DNA from: Mobula birostris
Taxonomy: Eukaryota
Reading direction: 5' to 3'
DNA length: 64,000 nt
Assembly (NCBI RefSeq): GCF_030028105.1
Contig: NC_092378.1
Coordinates: 35,892,715 to 35,956,714 of the forward strand
Below, in pieces: positions 24,813 to 37,905 of this stretch (positions within the stretch are counted from its first letter, which is position 1; the number at the start of each line of letters is the position of its first letter). Made by a program: the position numbers and the translations under genes. The notes beneath the pieces are model-generated. The model saw only the letters and a list, made by a program, of their open reading frames with translations. It was not told the DNA's origin and ran no database searches.

Positions 24813-25209
24813 AGTTACAGGGTTTTTGATGCCTTTACCAATATGGTTCAGCATATCACACTGAATGTGTCTGCCCATAATTAATGACAAGTTAGCACCT
24901 GAAATAAACTAATGCAGCTTAAACAAAGTTCAGACTTCTGTTTGTAAAAATAACTAATGCATTTAGAAAAATTAGTGACCTAAGCTCATTCAATACAGGG
25001 AAACACTGCATTACAGCAGTTTGGGTAACAAATTCATCTTTTAAGGAATTTATAAATCATTACCAAAAAAATCAGGGACGCAATACAAAATTCAGTCTTC
25101 CAAAATTTTTGTGTAAAATAAATAAATAAGCACAAAATTTATTTTTTGTTCAAATTTCATTCCATGACACATGCAGAGGATGCAGATTTGTGTTATAGAA
25201 AATCATGAT

Positions 25210-26009
25210 AAGTGGATTCCAGCTAATGGGGAAGCTGCTTATTTGGGACAACTCTTAAAGAACAAAAACTAATCAAAAATAGGGATTCTCTTTGTTTATT
25301 TGGGACATTATACTGCTTAATTGGAACGCGAGACTGTTGCCAAACAGTTTTGAACTAGTGTCAGTCACGTGCACTTCTGCGTGTCCATTACACACTACAC
25401 CAAGCTTAGAATGAAGAGTTTATAAATAGCATCAATTGCATGCATTTGTGTTCAAAAAGCAGTGATTTTTGTCACTGATAGTTGGGGAGAAATAAGCAGT
25501 AGGACAATTTCGAACTGTTTTGCCCACTGAGGTTTTAAGCATTCAGGCTTGGAGATGCCAGAAATGGCCGGGAGTGAAAATGAAACGAACTCAGTAATTC
25601 AACGAGTTAAGAACTATGAAGAATTTGAAGGTATTGACAATCATCTCAAATGTTACAATGAAAATGAAGATTTTGAGGATGCAATCATCGAAAGCATTGT
25701 ATGAAAGCAATCCATTATCTGCACTAGGTGTCTGCGTTGATTTTGTTCAATCAAAAGAACATGGCAGCATAAACTGGATGAATTCCTCTGTCGTTAACTA
25801 TTAGGAACTGATACACAGTTTTATGGTACTTAGTAGTATTGAAGGTGTTCTAATTTAAATACAGAATTTGTTGCTCAGTTAAATGGTAGTTAGTCTTTTT
25901 TTAATATCTTTTTAACAATTTCCAAAAAACTTCAGCTAATTGGGACAGCTGCGTTAATTAGGCCAAAATGTATTGGTCCCAATGTGTCCCAGTTAATTGG
26001 AATCCACTG
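25210..26009 (+). mobile_element. Non-autonomous TcMar (Tigger/pogo-like) DNA transposon
   Basis: TIRs (TA)AGTGGATTCCAGCTAATGGG and CCCAGTTAATTGGAATCCACTG. Internal acidic remnant 'NYEEFEGIDNHLKCYNENEDFEDAIIESIV'. Confidence 0.7.
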
Positions 26010-26087
26010 CACAGTGTATCTTCTTGGAATGCAATCCCTACACCCCATGATGATGAGGTCACCTATATTGCAATACTGATGACCTTA

Positions 26088-26232
26088 AACACAGGAGATT
26101 CTGCAGATGCTGAAAATCCGCAGTTACACACACAACATACAGGTGGAACTTAGAAAGCCAGGCAGCATCTATGGAGGGGGCTGTTTATTCCCGCTTGACT
26201 TGCTGAGTTCTGCTAGCATTTTGTGTGTGTTA
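26088..26232. mobile_element. Degenerate fold-back (hammerhead family) element with the centre deleted
   Basis: AACACAGGAGATTCTGCAGATGCTG...GGCAGCATCTATGG then CTGCTGAGTTC...GCATTTTGTGTGTG. Confidence 0.65.
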
Positions 26233-28526
26233 ATCTGATTACTTTTGTGCATTGACTTTGCTACACGTGTTGCCAGAGTACAAGCATGCAGTGGAGCCAA
26301 TTAACGATAGATGGTATTTTCACTACAATCCCATCTTTCATGTGATTGTTGATGGGAATGAGTATTGTTACTAACAAATATGCCAATACTCTTTAAATTT
26401 TTGAAACTATTAATAAGATGAACTACATAAAAGTGCCATTTATTTTCTCCACTAAATATTTGTCTTTTTTGCAGTTTGGCAGCAGGTAAGATTTAGGAAA
26501 ACAATTATGCTTACTGTATGATCTGAAGTTTTATGAAAAAATACTCAGAGAAGCCAATATTTATTGGAATGTGTTGGAATACAACATAGTCCAATAAATA
26601 TTGGTTGGTGGCTGCTTAAAAAATCTATGAGCTAGAAGACCGAGGACTTGAATCCCACTCCAGAACTGAAATGAGATTCCATACTAAAGATCCCCAACTC
26701 GACCTCATTCATCTGGATGGATAGAGAAGATGGCACTGCATTTTTTGAACAAAAATGCAGCAAAGTCAGGTTTCACTTCTTCCTGGTGCTCCAAACCATT
26801 GTTCTTTTCAACACTAATGCCTACCCAGCTCCCTACAAAAATGTATTTGTGAAACTAGTTAACAAGACAGCGGAAACATTGCAAGAAACATGCTGAAACA
26901 GCTTGGTTCCTGATGGCATGCAACTTTCAAAGTTTGGCGTGGACCAACCAGAGAAGGCTATAAACTCTTCAAGCCACATCCAAAATACTTCAGATATCAG
27001 CAACACATAAAGCCATGGGTGGGGGGGGGGGTGGTTTGGAGAGAGGTGGGGTTTGGAGAGGGTGGGATTGGAGAGAAATAAATGCCAGAAGGTAGCCCTG
27101 ATTTCCGGGGGGGGGGGGGGGTTTACGGGCTAGCAATACAGGAATCTCACTTGGTCCAATGCATGAGATGGATGGCAGGAGATGGCCACCTCCAGGTGTG
27201 AGAATTCCCATGAAATCCAAAAAACCACAAGCTATCCACAAATATCAGGCTGCGCCACAGAAAATATTTCAGAGTGTGGTATAGATCACTGGGGACAGAG
27301 GTAGCAAGCTATTTCACTGAATGGTTCAGGGATTCATTTACAGGCATCTTATATTCAGAGCAGATGGACCCTCCAAAACAACATTTGAAGGATTCTTTAT
27401 TATTAGCTGGGTAATTCTCCAAGTTTATTTGTATACTACATTACTGTTGAACATGGAACAGATCCTTTGGTTTGCAATGGTTACTGAACAGAGTCCTCCA
27501 ATCCCTTCACCTGGTAACCTCATTCTTTCTCCTTCTACTCTTCAGGCACTGGGTCATTTTGTACTTCCTCCTCTGGTACCAGCTCTGTGGTTTGTATTTT
27601 ACCTCACTGCATCAAGTATTTTTTTTCCAGCTTACCTCTGGAAAAAAATGGAGAAGCAAGTTCCTTGGGTGTGGGGAGGGCAGGTCTGAGACAAGGAGGC
27701 GCATGTGTGAGAGAAACTACACATCTGGTTTGGATCATGTACAACAATTACACTGAAGTCAATGGAGGTCAGACAGAGAAGACTAGAAGAGCAGGAATAG
27801 TGTTTAGTACATAGAACGACATTGAAGATGTTTTTCAAGGCAGTACCTTGGGCCGAACTACATTCAGCTGTTTCAGCAATGACTTCTCTCCATGTTAGAA
27901 ATGATTGCCATATTCAGCAATATTTGCACTTTTTGAAATTGTGAAGCAATCTGTTACAGGAAATCCTGCTCAGCATTCATATGTCAGCCGTTGACAGACA
28001 AACGAGAGCGGTGCATATGAATGACTAGGTACAAGAGCCCTTAATCACTTCCCAGTGAGAGTCAGAGATATTGCTATCTTTTACTCCTCTGTGAGGGGAC
28101 TGATTAATATTGACAGTGGAGTATTCAAGTATTAAAGGTAGCTTTGTTATAAATTACAGAGTCATCCTTAAAACTGATAAAATACAATCCAATCCAAACT
28201 ACAACATAGAAAGTTCAGGGCTTGTTGCCATAGTGATTACCTACAAAAATTAAAATTACTGCAAGTACAAGCTGAGGGGAAAGTAAACTGCAATTGAGCA
28301 ACAATGGCAAATCACTTTTACAAGGATCCCATGTGACTGTTGTAGCTCACAATATTGTATTCAGATACATGATGCATGAAGAATTGTAATTAAATTTGCA
28401 TACAGTATGCTTTCAAATTAAAGTTTACTGAAGTATGCAAGCAAAGATAAAGGGGACTTGCTCATGAAATAAGGGGTTAGTGCAAAAAAGTGGCACTCAG
28501 GTAAAAATCTGCCTCTTTGAAAAGAT

Positions 28527-28830
28527 GGGCACAGTGGTGTAGCCAGTAGAGCTGCAGCCTTACAGCTCCATGAATCCAGGTTCAATTCCAGCCTTGGCAC
28601 TATGTAGAGTTCTTACTGCATGGATTTCCTCTGGGTGCTCTGGTTTCCTCCAGCATCCCAAAAGACACGTAGTTGGTTGGTTAACTGGCCACTGTAGATG
28701 TTCAGGCAAGAGGTGGAATTTGGGAAGAATTGATGGGAATGTGAGGAGAATAAAGTGGAATTAATGCATGATTAGCGTCAATGGTGCCTGATGGTGGAAT
28801 GGACTCAGTGGTGCAAAGGATGTATTTCTG
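28527..28830 (+). mobile_element. V-SINE (HE1-like)
   Basis: TGGTGTAGCCAGT (A box-like), GGTTCAATTCC (B box), V-domain TTTCCTCTGGGTGCTCTGGTTTCCTCC and a CR1-type tail. Confidence 0.75.
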
Positions 28831-29009
28831 TGCTGCATGGCTCTATGACCCCAGAACCTGATTCAACAGCAGAGCAGCAGTAGGAATGGCTAACTCTTGC
28901 TTCTTTTTCTTATGTCCCCAGCCTAACTCAAGAGAAGACTTTCTGAAAGTGGCTGCACAGGTGGTAGGGTAATAACAGCAGTGAATACTGCCTTCATTAG
29001 TCGAGGAAT

Positions 29010-29610
29010 TGACTTGTGGAGTTACAGTACGTTGCAGCTTTATAAAATTCTGGTTCGGCCGCATCAGCAGTATTGCATTCAGTTCTGGTCACCCCATTAG
29101 AGGAAAGTTGTAGAGGGTTTGAAGAGGTTTGCCAGGAAACTGCATAGATTGGAGAGCATGTGCTACCAGGAAGAGGTTGGACAAGCTTGGTTGATTTCTC
29201 TGGAATGGCGGAGGATGAGGGGAGACCTGAAAGAAGTTTATATTATGAGGGACTTAAGAGTTGAGAACTGGTATCTTTTTCCCCAGGGTTGAAATGCCTA
29301 ATACTAGAGGAAAAGCATTTACAATGGAAGGGGGCAGATTCAAAGAAGATGTGGGGGACAAATTTATTTTTCATTTCTTTTAATTATTTATTTTATACAG
29401 AAAGTGGTGGGTGCCTGGAATGTGTTGCCAGAGTTGGTTGTAAAGACAAAAGCATCAATGGTTTTTTAAGAGGCTCTTAGATAGGCATAGAATGGAGGGA
29501 AAAGGATTTGCATAGGCTGAAGGGATTAGTTTAGTAGGCATTTAATTTTGGCATAACATTTTGGGCTGAAGTGCCTGTTCTTATGCTGTACTTTTCTATG
29601 CTCTACGTTC
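29010..29610 (+). mobile_element. Old CR1 3' fragment
   Basis: GTATTGCATTCAGTTCTGGTCACC (YCIQFWSP), GAGGGGAGACCTGA, tail CCTGTTCTTATGCTGTAC...CTATG. Confidence 0.75.
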
Positions 29611-30619
29611 GATGAAACAGGAAAAAGTGAGACCGATCATCAGAGAAACAACTCTGAAATATTGCACCATGTGAATTAATCAAGCCACTTCAATGTGTAG
29701 AACAGAAAACCAATGTTGATCACTCAATGGGAATCCAGATTCTTAAACAATTTCTTTCATTTTTCTGTAAAGCTGGGTAGTATAATGGGCAAGTTCCTAA
29801 ATCTGTTCTTCTGATTAAAGCTGCTACATAGATGCTAATTATTGTGTTGCTGCCAGTGTAATAGAGATGCATTTCAGCTGGTAGCAATATTACCACAGGA
29901 CCCAGGTTGTACACATATTTTATAATGACAGATTTATATTATAGAGCTCCTCATATCCTCAGATCCATATTCAAATGAATTCCATTTTAGATTAAATAAA
30001 GATGAACAGTCTTTGAATAGTTTACTAGTAGAATTTTGAATTGAGCATTTTCAATTACAAATTAATTAATTTTATGCTGATGTCAGAATGAGACAGAATC
30101 CCAGTGGATGCAACTGAATCAATAAAATGATCGAAAGCAAAATACTACAGAGGTTGGCAGTGAGCAATAAAGAGAAATTTATGGAAATATTCAGCAGTTC
30201 AGTATTTCCAGCATTTTGTTTTAGATCAGAAACCTGGTTGTTCTCTGTTATATCTAAAATACCTTTTACATTAAGCCCTGAGCGTTTTTAATCTTTCTAG
30301 CCTAGTCTCCTGTACCTTCATTTATTTAAAGGATTTAGTGTCCAAACCAGCCCAATGCATCCATTTTGACTAAATAATTTCAGCTTGATCTTAATCCATT
30401 TTTAAAAAATTCAACGGGACGACATAAGCATTTAATTGAACATATTTTCCCATTCAGCTTCAAGAAAATAACATATTAGGTAAAGATCTGTGATACATTT
30501 CTACTTCACAATTTCATGCTCAGAAGCAAACCAGCTTTCAACATGATATGCAGCTGTGACATTTCATGGAAAGGAAATGAAATCCTGCCTTGTGTTTTTG
30601 ATCTGGAGTCAAATTGGAG

Positions 30620-31425
30620 GGATAATGGTGCTAAACCACAACTCCTTTGATTGCATCTTCGAAAACAGCTCTATTTCCACCTTTAATATCTTTACTTTTC
30701 CCTTTCAGGGCTCTTTTGAAGACCCTGACCTGGAGTTACATGCAGGCCTTGGTTCTTTGTGGGAATGGGACCCGTTCTCAGGGTTCTATAACTGGCTGTT
30801 ATTCGACATGCCATGGGTTTGGCCTGAGAGTCTCGACCATGTTCAGAAGCCTAAGATCTCTGGGCTCTGGATATGGGTGGATCGAGGGTTGGTGTCACGG
30901 CAGGAGACTCGTGTGTCGTCGGGGAGGCCGGAAAATCTTTCGCTGTGGGCCCGAAGACCCGCGGTCTTTGCGATCTTCGGACACAGAGCTCGAAAAAAGT
31001 GACAAAATGGACTTTTAACATCGTAAACCAGCAGGTTATTGTTATGCCTCCTGTTTGCTGTGAAAATGGGGGACACCCCCCACCCCCTTATTAGGGAGAG
31101 AGAGAACCTGTGGTTTGTCGAATGTCGGATGAAATGTGAAGCCTTTGGGGTAATTTTGGTCTGTGTCTTTGCTATTGCTTAGCACACGCATCAGTACCAT
31201 TACCGAGCACAAGCGATTTGTTTTTGCTGGTGGGGGGAGAGGGGATTGTTGCTTGCTGCCACTTACACGCGGGAGGGGGGAACTGAGGAGGGACTTTGGG
31301 GTTCTCATGTTTAACTATCATACATTCTTTGGGGCACTTCTCTGTTTTCGTGGATGTTTGTGAAGAAAAAGCATTTCAGGATGTATATTGGATACATTCT
31401 CTGACAGTAAATTGAACCTTTGAAG
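30620..31425 (+). mobile_element. Non-coding, CpG-containing interspersed repeat with a Rex1-like 3' tail (probably non-autonomous)
   Basis: Composition shifts relative to the flanks. It ends AAGAAAAAGCATTTCAGGATGTATATTG...CTGACAGTAAATTGAACCTTTGAA, resembling the Rex1 tails in this window. No recognisable protein domain. Confidence 0.5.
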
Positions 31426-31817
31426 GTTGAATTGTCACGCAATGTGGCTAATGTATAATAGAGTAGGTGGAGGCAACATACAGTAGATGAAGGTTGATGG
31501 ATTGATAGATATTCTCACCATGACCTGCTTTTTTTCCTTTGGACTTCCACAACCAGCACATGCTTTTGGTTTAAAACTGACTGGCTAGTGCAAACTAGAA
31601 CTAATATAAGCAACTGCAGTCTAAAAATGACTTTGTGCTAGCGATAGAAAATAGTACAGGCATAAAATTATGAAGTAATTCATTGATCTTTTTGTTAGTT
31701 CTTGAATAAATAAAAATCCAGAGCAGAGTATTCTGAATGCTAGAAATGTTATACTTAGCAACTAAACCAGCAGGTATGATTGCAGTTCCACTGAGGTTGG
31801 GTGGGTCTGCAACTAGA

Positions 31818-32398
31818 GGTCATGGGTTAAGGTTACAGTTATGGTTACGAATCCCACAACCCACCTGGGTCATAGGGGCGCTGTACAGATGAGTGCTGCA
31901 CCAGTTGCCTCCACTGTGGGTGGGTGCCTGGGTTGCGACAAAGCTCTCTCCAGTCCACTCTGCAATGACGTCTGCCCATTTCTTCCTCTGTCTGCCCCTT
32001 TTTCTCTTCCCCTGCACCGTTCCCTGAAGATTGGTCTTTGAGAGTCCACTTGATCTTGTTATGTGGCCGTACCGTCTCAAGTTTCCTCTTCTTTACTGTG
32101 GACACTAGATCTTCGTAGTGTCTCGTGTTGGGTGATGGTTCTTCATACTTCGTTGTTTGAGACATGGTCTCTATAGGAGATGCTGATGAGCCTTCTGACG
32201 CATCTTATTTCTACTGCCTGGATCTTCTTTTGCAGTTCCACTGTTAAAGTCCATGACTCGCATGCATACAAGACAACAGAGGGCACAAGTGCACGCAGGA
32301 GTGTCAGCTTGGATCTGAGAGCGACGTTAGTGTCTCTCCAAACTGGTTTTAGTTTAGCCAGTGTTGCTGTTGATTGGGCTGCCCTTGCCACAAGGACA
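31818..32398 (-). mobile_element. RTE-clade (BovB-like) LINE 3' fragment
   Basis: 'KLTLLRALVPSVVLYACESWTLTVELQKKIQAVEIRCVRRLISISYRDHVSNNEV' and 'YGHITRSSGLSKTNLQGTVQGKRKRGRQRKKW'; short-repeat tail (TAACC-like). Confidence 0.88.
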
Positions 32399-32404
32399 GC
32401 CAAA

Positions 32405-32660
32405 AATGGGTTAAGGGTGAAAGGTTTAAGGGGAATATGAGGGGAAACTTCTTCACCTGGAGGGCTCTGAGAGTGCGGAACAAGTGATGCTTGTGAGCTT
32501 GATTTCAACGTTTAAGAGAAGCTTGAATAGGTACGTGGATGGTAAGGGTATGGAGGGCTACGGTGCTGGTACAGGTTGATGGGAGTAGGCAGGTTAAATT
32601 GCTCAGCACGGACTAGATGGGCTGAAGAACCTGGTTCTGTGCTGTACTTTTCTATGACTC
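32405..32660 (+). mobile_element. CR1 3' end
   Basis: GAGGGGAAACTTCTTCAC...GGACTAGATGGGCTGAAG...TCTGTGCTGTAC...CTATGACTCTA. Confidence 0.75.
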
Positions 32661-33357
32661 TAAGGTTATCAACCTAAAATACTATATCCACTTTTCATCT
32701 GAAAGTGCATCCTGTCCTGATGCAATCTCCAGCAGGTTTATTTTCATAACAAAAACCTCCAGTCTCTGAATTAAAAGTGAATATCAATGAGACTACGTTC
32801 TCTTTATGTTTCAGCAAAGCTGAAGAGAGGAAAGCGCAATCAGCTTAGAGTCTTAGTGCCGCAATCTACTTAGAAATTCCAAGTTAAACTTGGAAACAAA
32901 ACAAATCATGATTGAATATGCTTATCGTATCCACATCAAAAATATCTTTCTGTCGTGAAGTATACAAACCAATACTTAATTCTACTGCTATCTTTGACGG
33001 ATAACTCTGTTTTTACAGCTCTCTTCCCTGCAATAAGTAAATACATTACCTAATATCATACTGACTTTTTTTGTGTTTGGTGACTGGTTTTCCCCAAGGT
33101 TGTTAGACCTCACCTTTGATCGACATATCATGGATTCCAAATGAGTCAAGTGTCCTTGTGAAGGGACAGGGAAAATAGTTGCCTGGAGCAGATTTGCTCA
33201 GGATTACTATCCAGTGACCAAATTAAAAATTACGGTCGGCGATAAAAAACGAACGATTTGTTCCTGAAAGCATCAAGTGCAATTACAGTCTGGAATTGAT
33301 CATGTCCATTATACCTGGCACAGAGTACACATTAAGTTCATGTTTCCATCACCTGTT

Positions 33358-33780
33358 GGCAGCATCCATCATCAAGGATCCGCACTATCCAGGCCATGCT
33401 CTCTTCTTGCTCCTGCCATTGGGAAGGACGTATAGGAGCCTGTGTTCCCACACCATCAGGCTCAGGAACAATTACTACCCCTCAACTAACAGGCTCTTAA
33501 ACCAGAGTGGATGACTTTACTCAGCCCAACACTGAACTGACTCCATAACCTATGAACTCACTTTCAAGGGCTCTATAACTCATGTTCGCAGCATCCTTTA
33601 TTTATTTATTTTTCTCTTTTTATGTATTTGCAGAATTTGTTACCTTCTGCACATTGGTGGTTTGTCTGCCTTTGTTGTTGGCAGTTTTTCACTGATTCTA
33701 TCATGTTTCTTCCTACTAACTGTGGATGCCTGCGCGAAAATAAATCTCAGGATAGTATGGTAGTATGTGGTGACATAAAC
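33358..33780 (+). mobile_element. Rex1-type LINE 3' end
   Basis: 'AASIIKDPHYPGHALFLLLPLGRTYRSL...RLRNNYYPSTNRLLNQ' plus 3' UTR. Confidence 0.8.
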
Positions 33781-33844
33781 AGATTAGACAGATAGATACT
33801 TTATTGGTCCCAAATGAAATTACAGTGCACAGCTACAAATACTA

Positions 33845-35820
33845 TTTGTGTACAAAGGCTGTTGTAAATCTAGTCAAGAAGAAAAGAAGAGCTTACGAAA
33901 GGTTGAAAAAACTAGGTAATGATAAAGATCTAGAAGTATATAAGGCTAGCAGGAAGGAACTTAAGAAAGAAATCAGGAGAGCCAGAAAGGGCCATGAGAA
34001 GGCCTTGGTGGACAGGATTAAGGAAAACTCCAAGGCATTCTACAAGTATGTGAAGAGTGTAAGAGAATAGGATCAATCAAGTGTGACAATGGAAGAGTGT
34101 GTATGGAACCAGAGGAGATAGCAGAGGTACTTAATGAGTATGGCTTCAGTATTCACTACGGAAAAAGATCTTGGCGATTGTAGGGATGACTTACAGCGGA
34201 CTGAAAAGCTTGAGCATGTAGATATTAAGAAAGAGGATGTGCTGGAGCTTTTGGAAAGCATCAAGTTGGATAAGTCACCAGAACCGGACGAGATGAACCC
34301 CGGGTTACTGTGGGAGGTGAGGGGGGAGATTGCTGAGCCTCTGGCAATGATCTTTGTATCATCAGTGGGGACGGGAGAGGTTCCAGAGGATTGGAGGGTT
34401 GCAGATGTTGTTCCATTATTCAAGAAAGGGAGTAGAGATAGTCCAGGAAATTATAGACCAGTGAGTCTTACTTCAGTGGTTGGTAAGTTGATGGAGAAGA
34501 TCCTGAGAGGCAGGATTTATGAACATTTGGAGAGGCATAATATGACTACGAATAGTCAGCATGGCTTTGTCAAAGGCAGGTTGTGCCTTACGAGCCTGAT
34601 TGAATTTTTTGAGGATGTGACTAAACACATTGATGAGGGTAGAGCTGTAGATGTAGTGTTTATGGATTTTAGGAAGGCATTTGATAAAGTACCCCATGCA
34701 AGGCTTATTGAGAAAGTAAGGAGGCATGGGATCCAAGGGGACATTGCTTTGTGGATCCAGAACTGGCTTGCCCACAGAAGGCAGAGTGGTTGTAGACAGA
34801 TCATATTCTTCATGGAGGCATGGAGTGGTGTGCCTCAGGGATCTGTTCTGGGACCCTTACTCTTTGTGATTTTTATAAATGACCTGGATGAGGAAGTGGA
34901 GGGATGGGTTAGTAAATTTGCTGATGACACAAAGGTTGGAGGTGTTGTGGATAGTGTGGAGGGCTGTCAGATGTTACAGCAGGTCATTGATAGGATGCAA
35001 AACTGGGCTGAGAAGTGGCAGATGGAGTTCAACCCAGATAAGTGTGAGGTGTTTCATTTTGGAGGGTCAAATATGATGACAGAAGGTAATATTAATGGTA
35101 AGACTCTTGGCAGTATGGAGGATCAAAGGGATCTTGGGTTCTGAGTCCATAGGACGCTCAAAGCTGCTGCGTAGGTTGACTCTGTGGTTAAGAAAGCATA
35201 CGGTGCATTGGCCTTCATCAATCGTTTAGGAGCCAAAAGCTAATGTTGCAGCTATATAGGGCCCTGGTCAGACGCCACTTGGAGTACTGTGCTCAGCTCT
35301 GGTCGCCTCACTATGGGAAGGATATGGAAACCATAGAAAGGGCACAGAGGAGATTTACAAGGATGTTGCCTGGATTGGGGAGCATGCCTTATGAGAATAG
35401 GTTCAGTGAAATCGGCCTTTTCTCCTTGGAGCGACGGAGGATGAGAGGTGACTTGATAGAGGCATATAAGATGATGAGAAGTATTGATTGTGTGGATAGT
35501 CAGAGGCTTTTTCCCAGGGCTGAAATGGCTAGAACGAGAGCGCACAATTTTAAGGTGCTTATAAGTAGGTACAGAGGAGATGTCAGGGGTAAGGTTTTTA
35601 TTTTATGCAGAGAGTGGTGAGTGCGTGGAATGGACTGCTGGTGACGGTGGTGGAGTCGGATACGATAGGGTCTTTTAAGAGACTCCTGGACAGGTACATG
35701 GAACTCGGAAAAATAGAGGGCTATAGGTAACCCAAGGTAATTTCTAAGGTAGGGACATGTTCGGCACAGCTTTGTGGGCCGAAGGGCCTGTATTGTGCTG
35801 TAGGTTTTCTATGTTTCTAT
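33845..35820 (+). mobile_element. CR1 LINE, 5'-truncated ORF2 with stops and deletions
   Basis: ORF 34134-35144 has [31 protein letters not shown] and FADDTK. The tail is TTTTCTATGTTTCTAT. Confidence 0.95.
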
Positions 35821-36317
35821 ATAAGAAGAGAAGTTGAAAGAATAAAAAAATGTTACCACGAACAGTCTAACAGGAGGGGGTGATCAATTCCCCGGTTATA
35901 GGTTGACTCATTATAGAGCCTAATGGTCGAAGGTAAGAATGACCTCATATAGCGTTCTTTGGAGCAGTGCATTTGTCTTAGTACTTTGATAATAAATTTA
36001 CTTTAAACTTTGGTACCCAATGCATCTTAATCCACAACCAGAGCACATGGTTTCATAAATGGCTTCCAACAGTTGAAGGCAGAAAATGCTGACTGAAATC
36101 ATGCCCGTAACTATGTGAGAAGATGCTTGTTGTTTACAAGTGCTGATGGGAGATATTCCAAATATTTGGTAAGCTTGCTGGTAGGGCAGGGAACTATTTT
36201 CCTATTGCCTTTGGTCACCGTGATCGATGATAGAAAAGGAGAGGTTGTCCATGCAGGGAGTCCAGGAAACTCAACAATGAAATGATTATCATACTTCTAC
36301 TTTCAAAATCTGAATAA

Positions 36318-36900
36318 GAATCAGAATCAGGTTTAATATCATGGTCTATGCCATGAAATTTGTTCACTTTGTGGCAGCAGTACAATGTAATAAATGACAA
36401 ATATAGAAAAAAGTGAATGATAGTAGGTATATATGTGTATATTACATAGTTAAATTAAGGTAAGTAGTGTAAAAACAGAAATTAAATAAAAAGCAGTGTG
36501 GTAGTATTCCTGGATTCAATGTCCATTTAGAAATTGGATGGCAGAGGGAAGAAGCTGTTCCTGAATAGTTGAGTGTGCCTTCTGGCTTCTGTACCTCCTT
36601 CCCGATGGTAACAATGAGAAACGGGCATGCCCTGGATGGTGGTGGTGGGGGCAGGGTCCTTGATGATGGAAACACCTTTCTGAGGCACCACTCCTTGAAG
36701 ATGTCTTGGATACTATGGAGGCTAATACTAATGAAGAAGCTGACTAATCTTACAATTCTCTGCAGCTTATTATGATCCTGTGCAGTAGCACCCCCACCCA
36801 CCCCCATACCAGGCGGTGATCCAACCAGAGTGCTCTCCATGGTACATCTGTAGAGGTTTTTGAGTGTTTTAGGTGACAACCCAAATCCCCTCAAACTCCT
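36318..36900 (-). mobile_element. Rex1-type LINE 3' part
   Basis: 'GFGLSPKTLKNLYRCTMES'; AATCAGAATCAGGTTTAAT tail on +. Confidence 0.8.
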
Positions 36901-37343
36901 GATACTGCAGAAGTCACAATCGATGAAGACACCATATTTTACCTTGCCCAGATGGCATCATCAGCTTCACACAACCCTTTAGATTACATCTCCCTCACTC
37001 ACCACCAGTCATCCGAGACACCCCAAGAAGTTGATGGGGAATGGGGAGATGGATGGCACCTTGCAGAACTGTATGGTTTGTGGTGACATTTCCCTGACAG
37101 TGCTGCTAAGCTAAAGAGTTCCAGGATCTTGAACAGAACAAGAGGAGGAAAAAGTAAATGCATTTCCATTCCGGGATGGTTGGAGACATGGAGGCAAACT
37201 CGGTGTCCTGAGAGTGCAGGCGTGTCATGTCAGAGAAACTTGTGAGTTTCAGACTCCACTTCCCATCACTCTTCAACACACCTGTATGTCAGTGAAGATC
37301 CCAATAAGTTGTATAGGTGGGGAGGTGTCAGCAGGTAAGCACC

Positions 37344-37495
37344 AAGTTACTACAGCTGCAAGCTTAGGGAAGTTACTGTTGCTACAAGATGTGCTTAGGG
37401 AAGTTACTGCTGCTGTAAGATGTGCTTAGGGATGTTAGCACGGCTGCGTGGATGTTTAGGGAAGTTATCACTACTGTAAGATGCGCTTAGGAAGA
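37344..37495. repeat. Degenerate ~31-bp minisatellite, about 5 units
   Basis: Unit GCTTAGGGAAGTTACTGCTGCTGTAAGATGT starting at 37362, 37393, 37424, 37454 and 37485. Confidence 0.8.
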
Positions 37496-37689
37496 CTGGC
37501 ATCAAATCATCATTCCATGAGTACCACCATCAACAACTACACACTATCACCAGCTGGCACATTAGAGACCATCCAGCATGGAAAGAGATCCTTCAGTACA
37601 CTAAATCCATGGCAACCATCAATAACCCATTTATAATAATCCTACATTAATTTCTTTCTGAATTATTTCCATATTTTCATCAGCTTCCT

Positions 37690-37905
37690 CTCAGATTCTA
37701 TCACTCACCCACAAGGGAGGCAATTTACTGTGAGCAGTTAGCTTTCTGACCCTCACATCACTGGGATTATTTGGGGGGGGACTGGAACCCCATGTTGTTG
37801 TAGGGGGAACAGAGAAACACCACACTGTCAGCACCGAGGTCAGAATTGCACCTCGGTTTCTGGAGCATGAAGGCAATGTCTCTGATAGTTACACCATTGT
37901 GCTTC
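37690..37905 (-). mobile_element. Old V-SINE-like element
   Basis: Reverse-strand tRNA-like head near 37900-37840 and V-domain-like GGGGAACAGAGAAAC. Confidence 0.5.

Noticed and set aside
27017-27121. G-rich tract as a regulatory G-quadruplex
   Set aside because: Low-complexity G runs with no supporting context; homopolymer lengths are error-prone.
30556-31002. 148-aa ORF with an acceptor-like site at ~30708
   Set aside because: It lies in an interspersed repeat-like element and has no recognisable domain.
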